33,237 nt of DNA from a virus (Duplodnaviria; Heunggongvirae; Uroviricota; Caudoviricetes), in the IMG/VR virus record IMGVR_UViG_2609459797_000007; one strand, 5' to 3'. The notes under the pieces were generated by a model that saw nothing but the letters and a program-made list of their open reading frames with translations, was not told the DNA's origin and ran no database searches. The position numbers and the translations under genes are program-made. Below, piece by piece: positions 1-8,170 of the stretch (position 1 is its first letter; the number at the start of each line of letters is the position of its first letter).

Positions 1-981
1 TTAAAGCGATACGCCACCGGCAAGCGGATTTAGTGAGACAGCATTTTGCAGATAGTCTGGCGAAAGATGCGCGTAAACCATCGTTTGCTGAATGCTGGCA
101 TGCCCTAAAATCTGCTGTAACGCGATGATGTTTCCTCCGTTCATCATGAAATGACTTGCGAAGGTATGACGCAGAATATGAGTTGCCTGGTTCGGTGGTA
201 TGTCTGCTTTTACCGCCTTCAGAGTCAGACAAAATTTTTCATAGTCCACTTTAAACAGTTTCGCGCTTGCCTCCTTTTTGATGAGCTTTTCCAGTTCGGC
301 AGAAATTGGAACAGTACGCTTTTTCCCGTTTTTGGTCTTCAGGAACGTCACACGGCAATTGACGATCTGCGAGGGCTTTAATGTTGCCAGTTCAGACCAT
401 CGCGCGCCGGTGCTGACTCCCAGAAGGGCAATCAATCTTGCATCGCCGGTTAATGCATTTAGCAAACTGCTGATTTCTTCCTTTTCCAGAAATGTCATTT
501 CTGGGTTTTCTTCAGTCAGTGGTGGCAATCCATGCACTGGATGGGTGCCGAAAAACTCTTCCAACTGAATCAACTTGGTGAACATGCCTGAAAAACGGTA
601 CATATCACGGTTAATTGTTGATGCCTTGATACCGTCACGAAGTCGCATAGAACGGTAGTCCATCAGAAGCCGTTTGCTCACGCGGCTAACGGGTATGTCA
701 CCGATGCCGCCGATCGTCTTCGTGAGGTGGTTAAATTCCTTCTCACCGTGTTCATGGTTTTGACCGTGATACTTCCACCAGGCATCCAGTAATTCAGATA
801 GAGATCTGCGATCTGTTCTCTGGCCCGCCCATTCTTTCTGATTAGCGTTCGCTAATGTGTAGCGCTCAAAGGCAACTGCTTCAGCTTTTCTTTCAAATTT
901 CCGGCGGATGCGACGTCCTTCACGCCCGCGGGGTCTGATATCCACTTCATAACGCCCATCATCGAGTCTTTTGATAGTCAT
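1..981 (-). CDS. int: Phage integrase, tyrosine recombinase (P2 Int-like)
   Basis: 326-aa ORF with the tyrosine-recombinase pattern: ARWSEL (Arg), HILRHTFAS (H-x-x-R) and VYAHL (catalytic Tyr) in the C-terminal third. Leftmost prophage gene; its stop codon is at the window edge. Confidence 0.9.
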   Translation of the reverse strand: MTIKRLDDGRYEVDIRPRGREGRRIRRKFERKAEAVAFERYTLANANQKEWAGQRTDRRSLSELLDAWWKYHGQNHEHGEKEFNHLTKTIGGIGDIPVSRVSKRLLMDYRSMRLRDGIKASTINRDMYRFSGMFTKLIQLEEFFGTHPVHGLPPLTEENPEMTFLEKEEISSLLNALTGDARLIALLGVSTGARWSELATLKPSQIVNCRVTFLKTKNGKKRTVPISAELEKLIKKEASAKLFKVDYEKFCLTLKAVKADIPPNQATHILRHTFASHFMMNGGNIIALQQILGHASIQQTMVYAHLSPDYLQNAVSLNPLAGGVSL

Positions 982-1123
982 AAGACCCTCCGAATAGAGC
1001 TTTCAAACTTGCCCGGATTAGTAGTTACTGTCCGAGGTTTCTTACTAACTTCGTTGTAACGCCTGAAATTATATTTCCTTACAAGTAAACAACTTATGTA
1101 ATAAATATAGGCCCGGTTAATCG

Positions 1124-1417
1124 TCAGCCAGTTTTGCGGCCTGAGGGTGACGAGGTTGTTTCGTCTTGCCCAGAGTGTGCGACGACCGGGGATATTTGCC
1201 CGGCTTCTGGTGCTGTGTCGTCAGTCATAATCCAAAGTGTGTACTTCTTGAATTGTGGGGCGTTAACGATCTGCTTCACAATCTGAAGGCCTGGTTCTTT
1301 ATGTCCTCCTTCGTAGTTCTTGAGCGAACTTAGTGCCACTCCACTGATTTCACAGAATTTTGCCTGTGTTAGCCCTTCTGCCTTCCGTATTGCCCGGAGC
1401 TTTTCCGATGTTTTCAT
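1124..1417 (-). CDS. C: Immunity repressor C (P2 C-type, short HTH repressor)
   Basis: 97-aa ORF with an N-terminal HTH (LTQAKFCEISGVALSSLKNYE) and a C-terminal QFKKYTLWIMTDD...SGQDETTSSPSGRKTG tail as I recall for P2 C. Position directly upstream of int on the same strand matches P2. Confidence 0.8.
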   Translation of the reverse strand: MKTSEKLRAIRKAEGLTQAKFCEISGVALSSLKNYEGGHKEPGLQIVKQIVNAPQFKKYTLWIMTDDTAPEAGQISPVVAHSGQDETTSSPSGRKTG

Positions 1418-1448
1418 TTGACAAGGTTTCCCCTTGGAGACTATATTT
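1418..1448 (+). promoter_or_regulatory. Candidate sigma70 promoter abutting the C start codon: TTGACA (1418-1423), 17-nt spacer, CTATAT/TATATT
   Basis: Read directly: ttgaca-aggtttccccttggaga-ctatat. Rightward orientation fits an early lytic (Pe-like) promoter facing away from C, or a promoter for a non-coding transcript. Not experimentally defined. Confidence 0.4.
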
Positions 1449-1477
1449 GCCCCAAAAGGTACTCGAAAGGAAACCTT
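1423..1477. promoter_or_regulatory. Perfect 9-bp inverted repeat AAGGTTTCC (1423-1431) / GGAAACCTT (1469-1477) flanking the -10 region; candidate operator
   Basis: Read directly from the sequence. Position immediately upstream of the repressor gene and over a promoter-like element suggests a repressor or Cox binding site. Confidence 0.35.
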
Positions 1478-1713
1478 TTAGGGCGAGAGTCCAGCAGGTC
1501 AGGAACCCTCCTGAGCCGTTTTAAAGCCGCTGGATCTTACAAGGTTAGCATGTAACCAAGTGAGGATGAATGATGCAGGGATATGTTGTTTATGTTGATT
1601 CTGGGGTGGTAGGCGGGGCATTACGCAAGGTCTATTCAGAATGCGGGGTGTTCGTGGGGGTTGTGCGGTATGAGTGAGCCGGTGCAAAACCGGCTCATAT
1701 AGCAGTGGACGAT

Positions 1714-2193
1714 TTAGCGTGGAATACCGACCGTTAACAAAGCAATTAACTTTTCAGGAAAATTAAGATGCTCCCGACTTTCAATTCCCATAGAAATACA
1801 TGCCTTGTTTCGAGCGGGGTTATCCATGCACTCCATTACAATGCTATCGAATTCCTCAATCATAGAGAGACGTGCGGCAATCTCATCCGTACTCAGTTTG
1901 TTAATATCATCAATAAGAGCGGAGTAGCGTTTAGTCTGTTGTTTTGCTGCTTCCGCCCTTTCTCCGAAATGCCAGGCAATGCGGCACCCGCTAAGAATGG
2001 CGATGACTCCACCGAACAACCAACTGAAAGAGCTATTAGCAAACACGGATGCGCCAAGTATCAGCACAAGGGCGTTGAGTACGGTATCAATACGGCGGTT
2101 GAATATTTCGCCTATACGCTCAAGCCAATAGCTATTCCATATCCGAAAAATCAAAGCGGATCGCTTCTGATACTCAGTTGGTTGGGTGTTCAT
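1714..2193 (-). CDS. Hypothetical membrane protein with two predicted TM helices and a ~85-aa soluble C-terminal domain; accessory cargo in the immunity region
   Basis: 159-aa ORF. Two hydrophobic stretches (IDTVLNALVLILGASVFA and FSWLFGGVIAILSGCRIAW) followed by a charged, helical C-terminus. GAGGA Shine-Dalgarno 10 nt upstream of ATG. Sits between C and cox where P2 has no gene. Confidence 0.6.
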   Translation of the reverse strand: MNTQPTEYQKRSALIFRIWNSYWLERIGEIFNRRIDTVLNALVLILGASVFANSSFSWLFGGVIAILSGCRIAWHFGERAEAAKQQTKRYSALIDDINKLSTDEIAARLSMIEEFDSIVMECMDNPARNKACISMGIESREHLNFPEKLIALLTVGIPR

Positions 2194-2199
2194 ATTTAT

Positions 2200-2285
2200 T
2201 TAATCCTCATCATCTTCGCCGCCTTTGCTTTTTTCTGGAGAGGGGGCGGGTTTTCTAGGTACGTGAAATTTATCCGTATCGGACA
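2200..2285 (-). CDS. Hypothetical small acidic peptide (28 aa, MSDTDKFHVPRKPAPSPEKSKGGEDDED), immediately upstream of the 2-TM gene
   Basis: ATG at 2285 preceded by GGAG (GGAGtaaattcATG on the minus strand). Stop lies 6 nt before the 2-TM gene start. The 63-aa version in the ORF track needs a TTG start without a good RBS. Confidence 0.35.
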
Positions 2286-2406
2286 TGAATTTACTCCTTG
2301 TGGTGGTGATGGTTACGCCCGTTCCGGCAAGAACTGAGGGCGTAAAAAATATACCACAAAACCCTGAGCCGGGCAGGGCTTTACCCGGCAACTAACTGGA
2401 GGTTTT

Positions 2407-2679
2407 ATGGAAGCAAATGACTATGTAATTCAGTACCCGCTAGACGCGGTTCATCCTGATAAGTTCGCGGAATTGCTGGGTAAACCACGCACAGCCGTAC
2501 AAACCATGATTGAAAAAAATAAGCTGCCGGTTATTGAGTTTCGTGATCCGTCGAAGCCAAAAGCGCGCGCGGGTGAAAAGCTGGTTTTTGTTCCTGAGTT
2601 CAATCGAGGCGTACGTGAGGCGTTTTATAACCGCCCTGTAGAACAGCGCGATGCCTGGTTGCTCTGGATGGGCCTCTGA
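2407..2679 (+). CDS. cox: Cox-like excisionase and early-switch regulator (P2 Cox family)
   Basis: 90-aa ORF; the motifs KLPVIEF..DPSKPKARAGEKLVFVPEFN...RDAWLLWMGL agree with my memory of P2 Cox (KLPVID...RAGEYWVY...DGWLMWLGL). GGAGG RBS. First rightward early gene, as in P2. Confidence 0.8.
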   Translation: MEANDYVIQYPLDAVHPDKFAELLGKPRTAVQTMIEKNKLPVIEFRDPSKPKARAGEKLVFVPEFNRGVREAFYNRPVEQRDAWLLWMGL

Positions 2680-2699
2680 TAGCTCAAGCGAAGGGATTG

Positions 2700-2885
2700 A
2701 TGATGCTTATCCAAATCAACAGCAAGACAGCAATCTATCGCGGCTTCACCATCGTGAAGCTGCCACGCAAAAAACCATACTCGCGCCAGCGCTACCAAAT
2801 CACTAAAGGCGGGAATTATCTGGGGCTGGACTTCGGTTTGTCTCAGGCCCGCCAGACGATTGATCAGCTTCATCGGGGGAAATAA
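2700..2885 (+). CDS. Hypothetical early protein (61 aa, basic)
   Basis: ORF directly after cox with an AAGGGA RBS. Position corresponds to small early ORFs of P2-like phages. No recognisable motif. Confidence 0.45.
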   Translation: MMLIQINSKTAIYRGFTIVKLPRKKPYSRQRYQITKGGNYLGLDFGLSQARQTIDQLHRGK

Positions 2886-3166
2886 TGACTACTTCAACCG
2901 CAGCAATTCTGAATGCCCGCCAAAGCGTCAACGCTTCCCGGCAGGACGGAACCCGCACACCGTCCCGCAGTGGTTATAGCCCCAGTCATCAGCACAGCAA
3001 GTCGCGTAATGTTGTTCAGGGAATGGCACTGTCTGATATTGCGAGAAATGGTTTTGAGGTGCGATGTAAAGAGACGGGCATTCAATTTTCTATTCTTCCG
3101 GGCGGCTCTATTTGTGACGCCTTCAGTGTTGAATTAGAAAAATACTGGAATAGCGGTGCTCGCTAA
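2885..3166 (+). CDS. Hypothetical early protein (93 aa)
   Basis: ORF whose start overlaps the preceding stop (translational coupling) in the early operon. No recognisable motif. Confidence 0.45.
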   Translation: MTTSTAAILNARQSVNASRQDGTRTPSRSGYSPSHQHSKSRNVVQGMALSDIARNGFEVRCKETGIQFSILPGGSICDAFSVELEKYWNSGAR

Positions 3167-3246
3167 TTAAATAACTGCAATCTGAATCTGTTTATTTACG
3201 GCATTTCTGCCGGGGCTTCGCTTTATCTTTTTTCAGGAGGTTGATT

Positions 3247-3414
3247 ATGACAATTCAAACAAATGAACGCGCGCACCTGCTTGGGTTGTTACGTATCAAA
3301 TTGACCTTACTGAAAAAAGAAAAGCTGTCCACCAATGAAATTTATCGCAGCCTGGAAGACTGGATCTACAACAGAGAAAAGGCCGCAGAAATCAAGGAGC
3401 AAAAAAATGGTTAA
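3247..3414 (+). CDS. Hypothetical small protein (55 aa, MTIQTNERAHLLGLLRIKLTLLKKEKLSTNEIYRSLEDWIYNREKAAEIKEQKNG)
   Basis: Not in the supplied ORF track (below size cutoff). ATG at 3247 with an AGGAGG RBS 7 nt upstream. Its 3' end overlaps the methyltransferase start. Confidence 0.4.
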   Translation: MTIQTNERAHLLGLLRIKLTLLKKEKLSTNEIYRSLEDWIYNREKAAEIKEQKNG

Positions 3415-4390
3415 TTCCCCTCTGATCTGGGCGGGCGGCAAGTCTCGCGCGATGCCTCATGTACTGGAGGCTTTGCCAAAGGGTGAATGTCTCGTTGAGC
3501 CTTTTGTAGGTAGTGGTAGTGTCTTTCTGAACACTGACTATAAAACCTATATTCTGTGTGATAGCAACGCAGCGCTTATGAACTTCTATTCAATATTGAA
3601 GAGCAATACTAAATCGTTGCTAGATGTCGCTGCTACTCTATTTGATGGCGGTAATAATGAAGATGCATATTATAAACGCCGCAATGAATTTAATGATTTT
3701 AATCGTGGTTTTCCCCAGCATAATAAAAAAACTTCTGATGGAAAGGTTTATTATCAGAGTGAACTTGTAAAGTTTGCAGCATTATTCCTTTATCTAAACC
3801 GTCATTGCTATAACGGTTTATACCGAGTGAATGGGAAGAATGAATTTAACGTTCCATTTGGTCGTCGCCGCAAGCCAATTTTCCCTGTTGCAGAGATCCA
3901 GCACTTTGCAAAACGAGCATATGAGAAAGGTGCTCAGTTTCTTTGCGCTGATTTCCGTTACACCATCCCTGTTGCTAGTCGCATATTTGAGCGCACAGTA
4001 ATTTACTGTGATCCGCCTTACCTGCCAGCGAGTAAAACGGCTGATTTTACCGCGTACGGCAAACCCTTCACTGTCGATGATCACCGTGACCTGGTTGAGT
4101 CATTGATTACCGCTCATAACAACGAAGGATGCCTGTCTGTTTTTTCCGGTAGCGATACCCCGGAAACCCGCAAAATTTACTACCCGTTCACCCTTAATTC
4201 ATTCGAAATCCGCCGATCTGTAGGGGCCAAATCTCGCAACTTGGCTGGCGAGGTGATCGGCTCTCTACGCGTTTGTGGTTGTTGTGGGCGTACTGGCGGC
4301 GGTTGTCCTGATTGCGGTGCTGTGATGGGTGATGCGACCTATTCAGAAATGGTTGCCTCTGGTGCTTTTGATGATCAGGAGGTGTTCTGA
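3407..4390 (+). CDS. dam: DNA N6-adenine methyltransferase (Dam-like, alpha-class order FxGxG then DPPY) with a Cys-rich C-terminal tail
   Basis: Motif I (VEPFVGSGSVF) and motif IV (VIYCDPPYLPASK) in Dam order. Start taken at ATG 3407 (AAGGAG RBS); the track's upstream start at 3335 lacks an RBS. C-terminal CGCCGRTGGGCPDCG looks like a zinc ribbon. Confidence 0.8.
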   Translation: MVNSPLIWAGGKSRAMPHVLEALPKGECLVEPFVGSGSVFLNTDYKTYILCDSNAALMNFYSILKSNTKSLLDVAATLFDGGNNEDAYYKRRNEFNDFNRGFPQHNKKTSDGKVYYQSELVKFAALFLYLNRHCYNGLYRVNGKNEFNVPFGRRRKPIFPVAEIQHFAKRAYEKGAQFLCADFRYTIPVASRIFERTVIYCDPPYLPASKTADFTAYGKPFTVDDHRDLVESLITAHNNEGCLSVFSGSDTPETRKIYYPFTLNSFEIRRSVGAKSRNLAGEVIGSLRVCGCCGRTGGGCPDCGAVMGDATYSEMVASGAFDDQEVF

Positions 4391-4563
4391 TGAATCCCGT
4401 TGAGGTCGTTGTGACAAAGGTGCTGGATGTGCTCCCGCGCCGTAATTACTGGATAACTCGTGTTGAGGTTCTGGGCGAGGGGGGTTACAGCAATACAGAT
4501 CTGATCACCTATTCAGAACGTGACGCCAGAGCAATACAGCCAGGCGACACGGTTTCCATCTAA
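4390..4563 (+). CDS. Hypothetical small protein (57 aa), translationally coupled to the methyltransferase (TGATG overlap)
   Basis: Not in the ORF track. ATG overlaps the Dam stop codon. Lies between dam and the replication gene. Confidence 0.35.
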   Translation: MNPVEVVVTKVLDVLPRRNYWITRVEVLGEGGYSNTDLITYSERDARAIQPGDTVSI

Positions 4564-4572
4564 GGCGGATTG

Positions 4573-7011
4573 ATGACTTCAGTTCGCCGCGCCCATAGCA
4601 TGACCTCCATGCCGGGAGGCTCGGTTGAGCCAGCCCGGTATGCTTACGCCTGGAATGAGCCTAAACAGGCCATTTCCGTCGATAAGACTCCCGCTGTTGA
4701 CCTATATGAATTGGGTCAAGAGCAGGAGTTTTTCGCATGGGTAGAAGATACCCTCAAGCCGTTACCTTCTTTCATTCGCCGCCGCATTGCTTTTTACATA
4801 AATACCGTTCACGAAGATAAAGGGCGTCATATCGCAAAACTGAAGCTGCGCGATATCGTTAAGCGCGAGCTTCCACACGTCCGTAACGTCACGAATCAAT
4901 ACGCAGTACCAGAAGACAATGATTGGATTATTTTCTCTGAACTAAACCCACTATTTCACACGTTTGAAAATCTGCGTGAGCTAGCGCACCGCTTTAATAA
5001 TCTGGCTGATAGTACCGATGAAGATATTGATTTGTTGGCACAGGACATTGCTATTTATGCCAATGCCGTTTTGGCTGAAGTGAGTGAAGGCGCGAGCGTG
5101 TTTAGTGATGCTGAGTACGGCAAACGCATGGTGCGTGAAGGCTCTAGACTAATTGCGTATTTCAGGTTGGTGGCACCTTGGGCTAAGAAGCGCCGGATGG
5201 CGCCTGATGAAGCGGCGGCGGCAATACAAAAAACCATGCACGATCGCTTTTGGTCACGCCTTCTGCGCAAGTACGCCCGCCGCTGGCGTGAGCATTTGCA
5301 CATTGCTTATGGTGATGTGCGCCGCGATGTTTCACCGTATTGCAGTAAACACCACGTTACACAGTGGGATTCCCGCCGTAAGCGTAGTCGCGAAATTATG
5401 AGCCGTCTTGAACTTGAAGATCAGGTAACTGGCGAGCGCATTTCGCTGATAGAGCAGATTGATAAAAGTATTTCTAACCCTGAAAAGCGCCGCGTTGAGT
5501 TGATGACGCGCATTGGTGGCTTTGAGAAAGTGGCAACAGAAAGCGGTTTTGCCGGTAGTTTCTTCACGTTGACCGCACCGTCTAAATATCATGCTTTTAC
5601 AGCATTCGGGCATCGTAACCATAAATGGAACGGAGCAAGCCCACGCAAAACACAGAACTACCTTAATCACGTCTGGCAACTGATCCGCGCGGAGCTTGCG
5701 CGCCGTGAGATTCCTGTTTTTGGCCTTCGCGTTGCTGAATCTCACCATGATGCTACTCCGCATTGGCATGGCCTTCTGTTCACTGCCCCAGAACATACCG
5801 GCGAGTTGTTGGAAGTGATGGAAGACTACGCCACACGTGAGGATGCAGACGAGCTAACCGGCAAGACTGGCAAGCAACCGCGCTTTGAGCTTAAGCCAAT
5901 AGATCCGGCTTTGGGGAGTGCTACTGGCTATGTTGTTAAGTACATATCTAAAAATATTGATGGCTACGCGCTGGATGGTGAAAGCGACGACGAAAGCGGA
6001 CGTCCACTGAAGGAAACAGCAAAACACGCTACCGCCTGGGCTTCATGCTGGGGCATTCGTCAGTTTCAGTTTTTGGGTGGTGCGCCGGTGTCTGTCTGGC
6101 GCGAGTTGCGCCGCCTGAAGAATCAGGAAATGGCAGATCGTATCAGTCCGGTTTTCGGTGAGTTACATCGCGCCGCACATGCGGGGAACTGGCAGGACTA
6201 CATTACCTTGCAGGGTGGCCCGTTCGTGGCACGGAATAGGCTTGTGTTGCGCGCATGGTATCAGTACCGGGATGAGCCGAGCAGTTACGGCGAGTTTCAG
6301 AGAGTCATTAAAGGCGTAGTCATGCCAGCATCGACTATTCCTCCGGTTGAAACCCGTCTCCATTCTTATCGTATTGTCAAAATGAAGCCAAAAGCAGACG
6401 ACGACGCTGGTCGAGGTTTTGACCTTAAGGGCGCGCCCGCGCCCTCTTGGACTCGTGTCAATAACTGTACCGAGTACAAAAAACAAACAGATTCACCGCC
6501 TGTTTATCCGACAGATCTGACTGTGCCAGATACTGATGCACTCCCTGAACAATTTGAAATTGGTCAATTGAGCCGAGATCAGAGAAAACAAATTGCGGTG
6601 GACCTCAGAAATCACAAACCAAATCAGCGTGTTTCACCTGCTGATCAGTTTGAGGCGCTCGCTTTCAGCATCACTACCGGTGACTGTACCGACTATGACC
6701 GGGTTAGGGCAGAAAGTTATCTGAAAGCAGCACATGCAATCCGGCAGGAAGAAAGCACGGTGAGCGAGAATGTTGCTGCACTTGCTGAAAAGATAATGAG
6801 TTGGGCAAGGTTAAGAAAAATTAAGATTAACCCTGTGCAGGCGCTGAAACTAGCAAGGGGTGAGGAGGTTACAGCGCTCGATACGATTTACCGAGCCAAC
6901 CTAATCACTGGGGAACTTATTGTGACTGGCGTGGACATGCATTGGCGTAAAACTCTTGCAAGACATCAGACAGAGGATCTAACCCTCCGTTGGAGGAAAG
7001 CAATAGGTTAA
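4573..7011 (+). CDS. A: Replication initiation protein A (rolling-circle HUH endonuclease, P2 gpA family)
   Basis: About 812-aa ORF. HUH motif ATPHWHGLLFTAP and paired tyrosines in GYVVKYISKN (Y-x-x-x-Y). Size and position match P2 gene A. The ATG at 4573 is preferred over the TTG at 4570. Confidence 0.85.
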   Translation: MTSVRRAHSMTSMPGGSVEPARYAYAWNEPKQAISVDKTPAVDLYELGQEQEFFAWVEDTLKPLPSFIRRRIAFYINTVHEDKGRHIAKLKLRDIVKRELPHVRNVTNQYAVPEDNDWIIFSELNPLFHTFENLRELAHRFNNLADSTDEDIDLLAQDIAIYANAVLAEVSEGASVFSDAEYGKRMVREGSRLIAYFRLVAPWAKKRRMAPDEAAAAIQKTMHDRFWSRLLRKYARRWREHLHIAYGDVRRDVSPYCSKHHVTQWDSRRKRSREIMSRLELEDQVTGERISLIEQIDKSISNPEKRRVELMTRIGGFEKVATESGFAGSFFTLTAPSKYHAFTAFGHRNHKWNGASPRKTQNYLNHVWQLIRAELARREIPVFGLRVAESHHDATPHWHGLLFTAPEHTGELLEVMEDYATREDADELTGKTGKQPRFELKPIDPALGSATGYVVKYISKNIDGYALDGESDDESGRPLKETAKHATAWASCWGIRQFQFLGGAPVSVWRELRRLKNQEMADRISPVFGELHRAAHAGNWQDYITLQGGPFVARNRLVLRAWYQYRDEPSSYGEFQRVIKGVVMPASTIPPVETRLHSYRIVKMKPKADDDAGRGFDLKGAPAPSWTRVNNCTEYKKQTDSPPVYPTDLTVPDTDALPEQFEIGQLSRDQRKQIAVDLRNHKPNQRVSPADQFEALAFSITTGDCTDYDRVRAESYLKAAHAIRQEESTVSENVAALAEKIMSWARLRKIKINPVQALKLARGEEVTALDTIYRANLITGELIVTGVDMHWRKTLARHQTEDLTLRWRKAIG

Positions 7012-7300
7012 ACGTCAAATATCATTTTCGTCGTCTATGTTGCTATCATCACAAGCTAGATTGAGGTGAAATGATGGTAATTGAAGGCCAGCTTTATGGG
7101 GGTAGTCCAAGCCCAAGCAAAGGGGCATTTAGAAAGAAATGCTTATATTCTGTCAATTATTGTTTTTGATCTTGGAATATTAGTGGGCTTAATTTACAGT
7201 GGGAAAAATATCACTTAACCTTGAAGCAAATATTTTACAGGTTTGGGTTTTAAAAATTTTTCTTTCAAAATAGTTGAAAAATTGGACAGCAATGAAACAT

Positions 7301-7332
7301 GTTGGTAGAAATAAGCCGTTGATTTTACGGCT
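7301..7332. terminator. Hairpin AAATAAGCCGT-tgatttt-ACGGCTTATTT with flanking T/A runs; candidate bidirectional terminator between gene A and the accessory island
   Basis: Perfect 11-bp stem read directly, followed by TTTTG on the + strand. About 40 nt downstream of the island's last gene on the - strand. Confidence 0.45.
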
Positions 7333-7372
7333 TATTTTTGAACACAATCACTATAGAGAACTTATGTCAGAA

Positions 7373-8170
7373 TTAGTCATCTAATGCTCCATCAAAATAG
7401 ATCTTTAATGCATTAAATAATTCTTGATAATGATTGCTATTGAAATCACCAGCTTCCCAAAGTTTGTACTTATCCTTAATGGTGTTTTTTGCAAATCCCT
7501 CTTTAAGGGTTTTGTTTACCACGCCACTTTTATCAAGAGGCTTATGATAAACGTCAACATAGAAGCATCTTACATCAAAATTCGCCCCTGTTGGCTTTAT
7601 TACATTAATATCAGAATAGTAGCAATTGTCTTTAACATGTTGATACGATGAAATATTTAAATGACCTAAAAGAGGTAAGACATCTTTAATATTTCCTTGG
7701 GTCGTGCAATATGCTGTCCACTCTTGTTTATACAAATATTTCAGCCAGTTATTGAAAAGTGTATTAGATTTATCTTTTTGGTAATATATGATCAGGCCGC
7801 CACTATTATCTCTTTTTATATATCGTGTTAATAGTTGTAATAAACCTTCAAAAATTTTCTGGTATCCATAACCAATTTTAGCTTCTGCAATCCAAACAAA
7901 TTCACCACCATTAGTTTTAGTGGTGACAGTTATATCAACACTGCCATTCTTTTTTGTTTGTTCGGTAGCCCGATAACCAAAATGTCCCAGTGATGTTACT
8001 ATTGTATGGCTGAGTTTATCCTCATCATCACAATAGTATTTATCACTTGATGACTCCATGGTTTTTATTATTTCTTCGATATCTTTGAAAAGTTGATTAT
8101 GAAAATCACTTTCAGTTATAAAGTAATCACGACGAACGAGATTAGTAGCAAGTGAATTAGTGTTCATCAT
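7373..8170 (-). CDS. Hypothetical protein (265 aa) with a PD-(D/E)xK-like motif; third gene of the accessory island
   Basis: AT-rich ORF. GSVDITV followed 16 residues later by EFVWIAEAKIG (hydrophobic strand then E-x-K), the classic restriction-endonuclease-fold signature. Start overlaps the upstream gene's stop. Confidence 0.6.
   Translation of the reverse strand: MMNTNSLATNLVRRDYFITESDFHNQLFKDIEEIIKTMESSSDKYYCDDEDKLSHTIVTSLGHFGYRATEQTKKNGSVDITVTTKTNGGEFVWIAEAKIGYGYQKIFEGLLQLLTRYIKRDNSGGLIIYYQKDKSNTLFNNWLKYLYKQEWTAYCTTQGNIKDVLPLLGHLNISSYQHVKDNCYYSDINVIKPTGANFDVRCFYVDVYHKPLDKSGVVNKTLKEGFAKNTIKDKYKLWEAGDFNSNHYQELFNALKIYFDGALDD

Noticed and set aside
151-568. Plus-strand ORFs 151..381 and 278..568 inside the integrase gene
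   Set aside because: They are antisense to a well-supported integrase ORF, have no RBS, and their translations are low-complexity. Treated as chance ORFs.
1499-1687. 62-aa minus-strand ORF in the gap between C and the cassette
   Set aside because: Pro/Arg-rich translation of a G-rich segment with no RBS. The region is more plausibly regulatory (promoter, inverted repeat, hairpin).
1768-2337. 189-aa plus-strand ORF antisense to the 2-TM gene
   Set aside because: It overlaps the better-supported minus-strand genes almost entirely, has no RBS, and its translation is Cys/His-rich and irregular.
2200-2391. 63-aa version of the small peptide ORF
   Set aside because: It requires a TTG start without an RBS. 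The internal ATG at 2285 with a GGAG RBS gives a more credible 28-aa product, still low confidence.
5055-6486. Several 80-150-aa ORFs on both strands inside gene A (5055..5303, 5153..5401, 5332..5796, 6163..6486)
   Set aside because: All are embedded in or antisense to the 812-aa replication ORF, which has clear HUH and Tyr motifs. No RBS or motif support.
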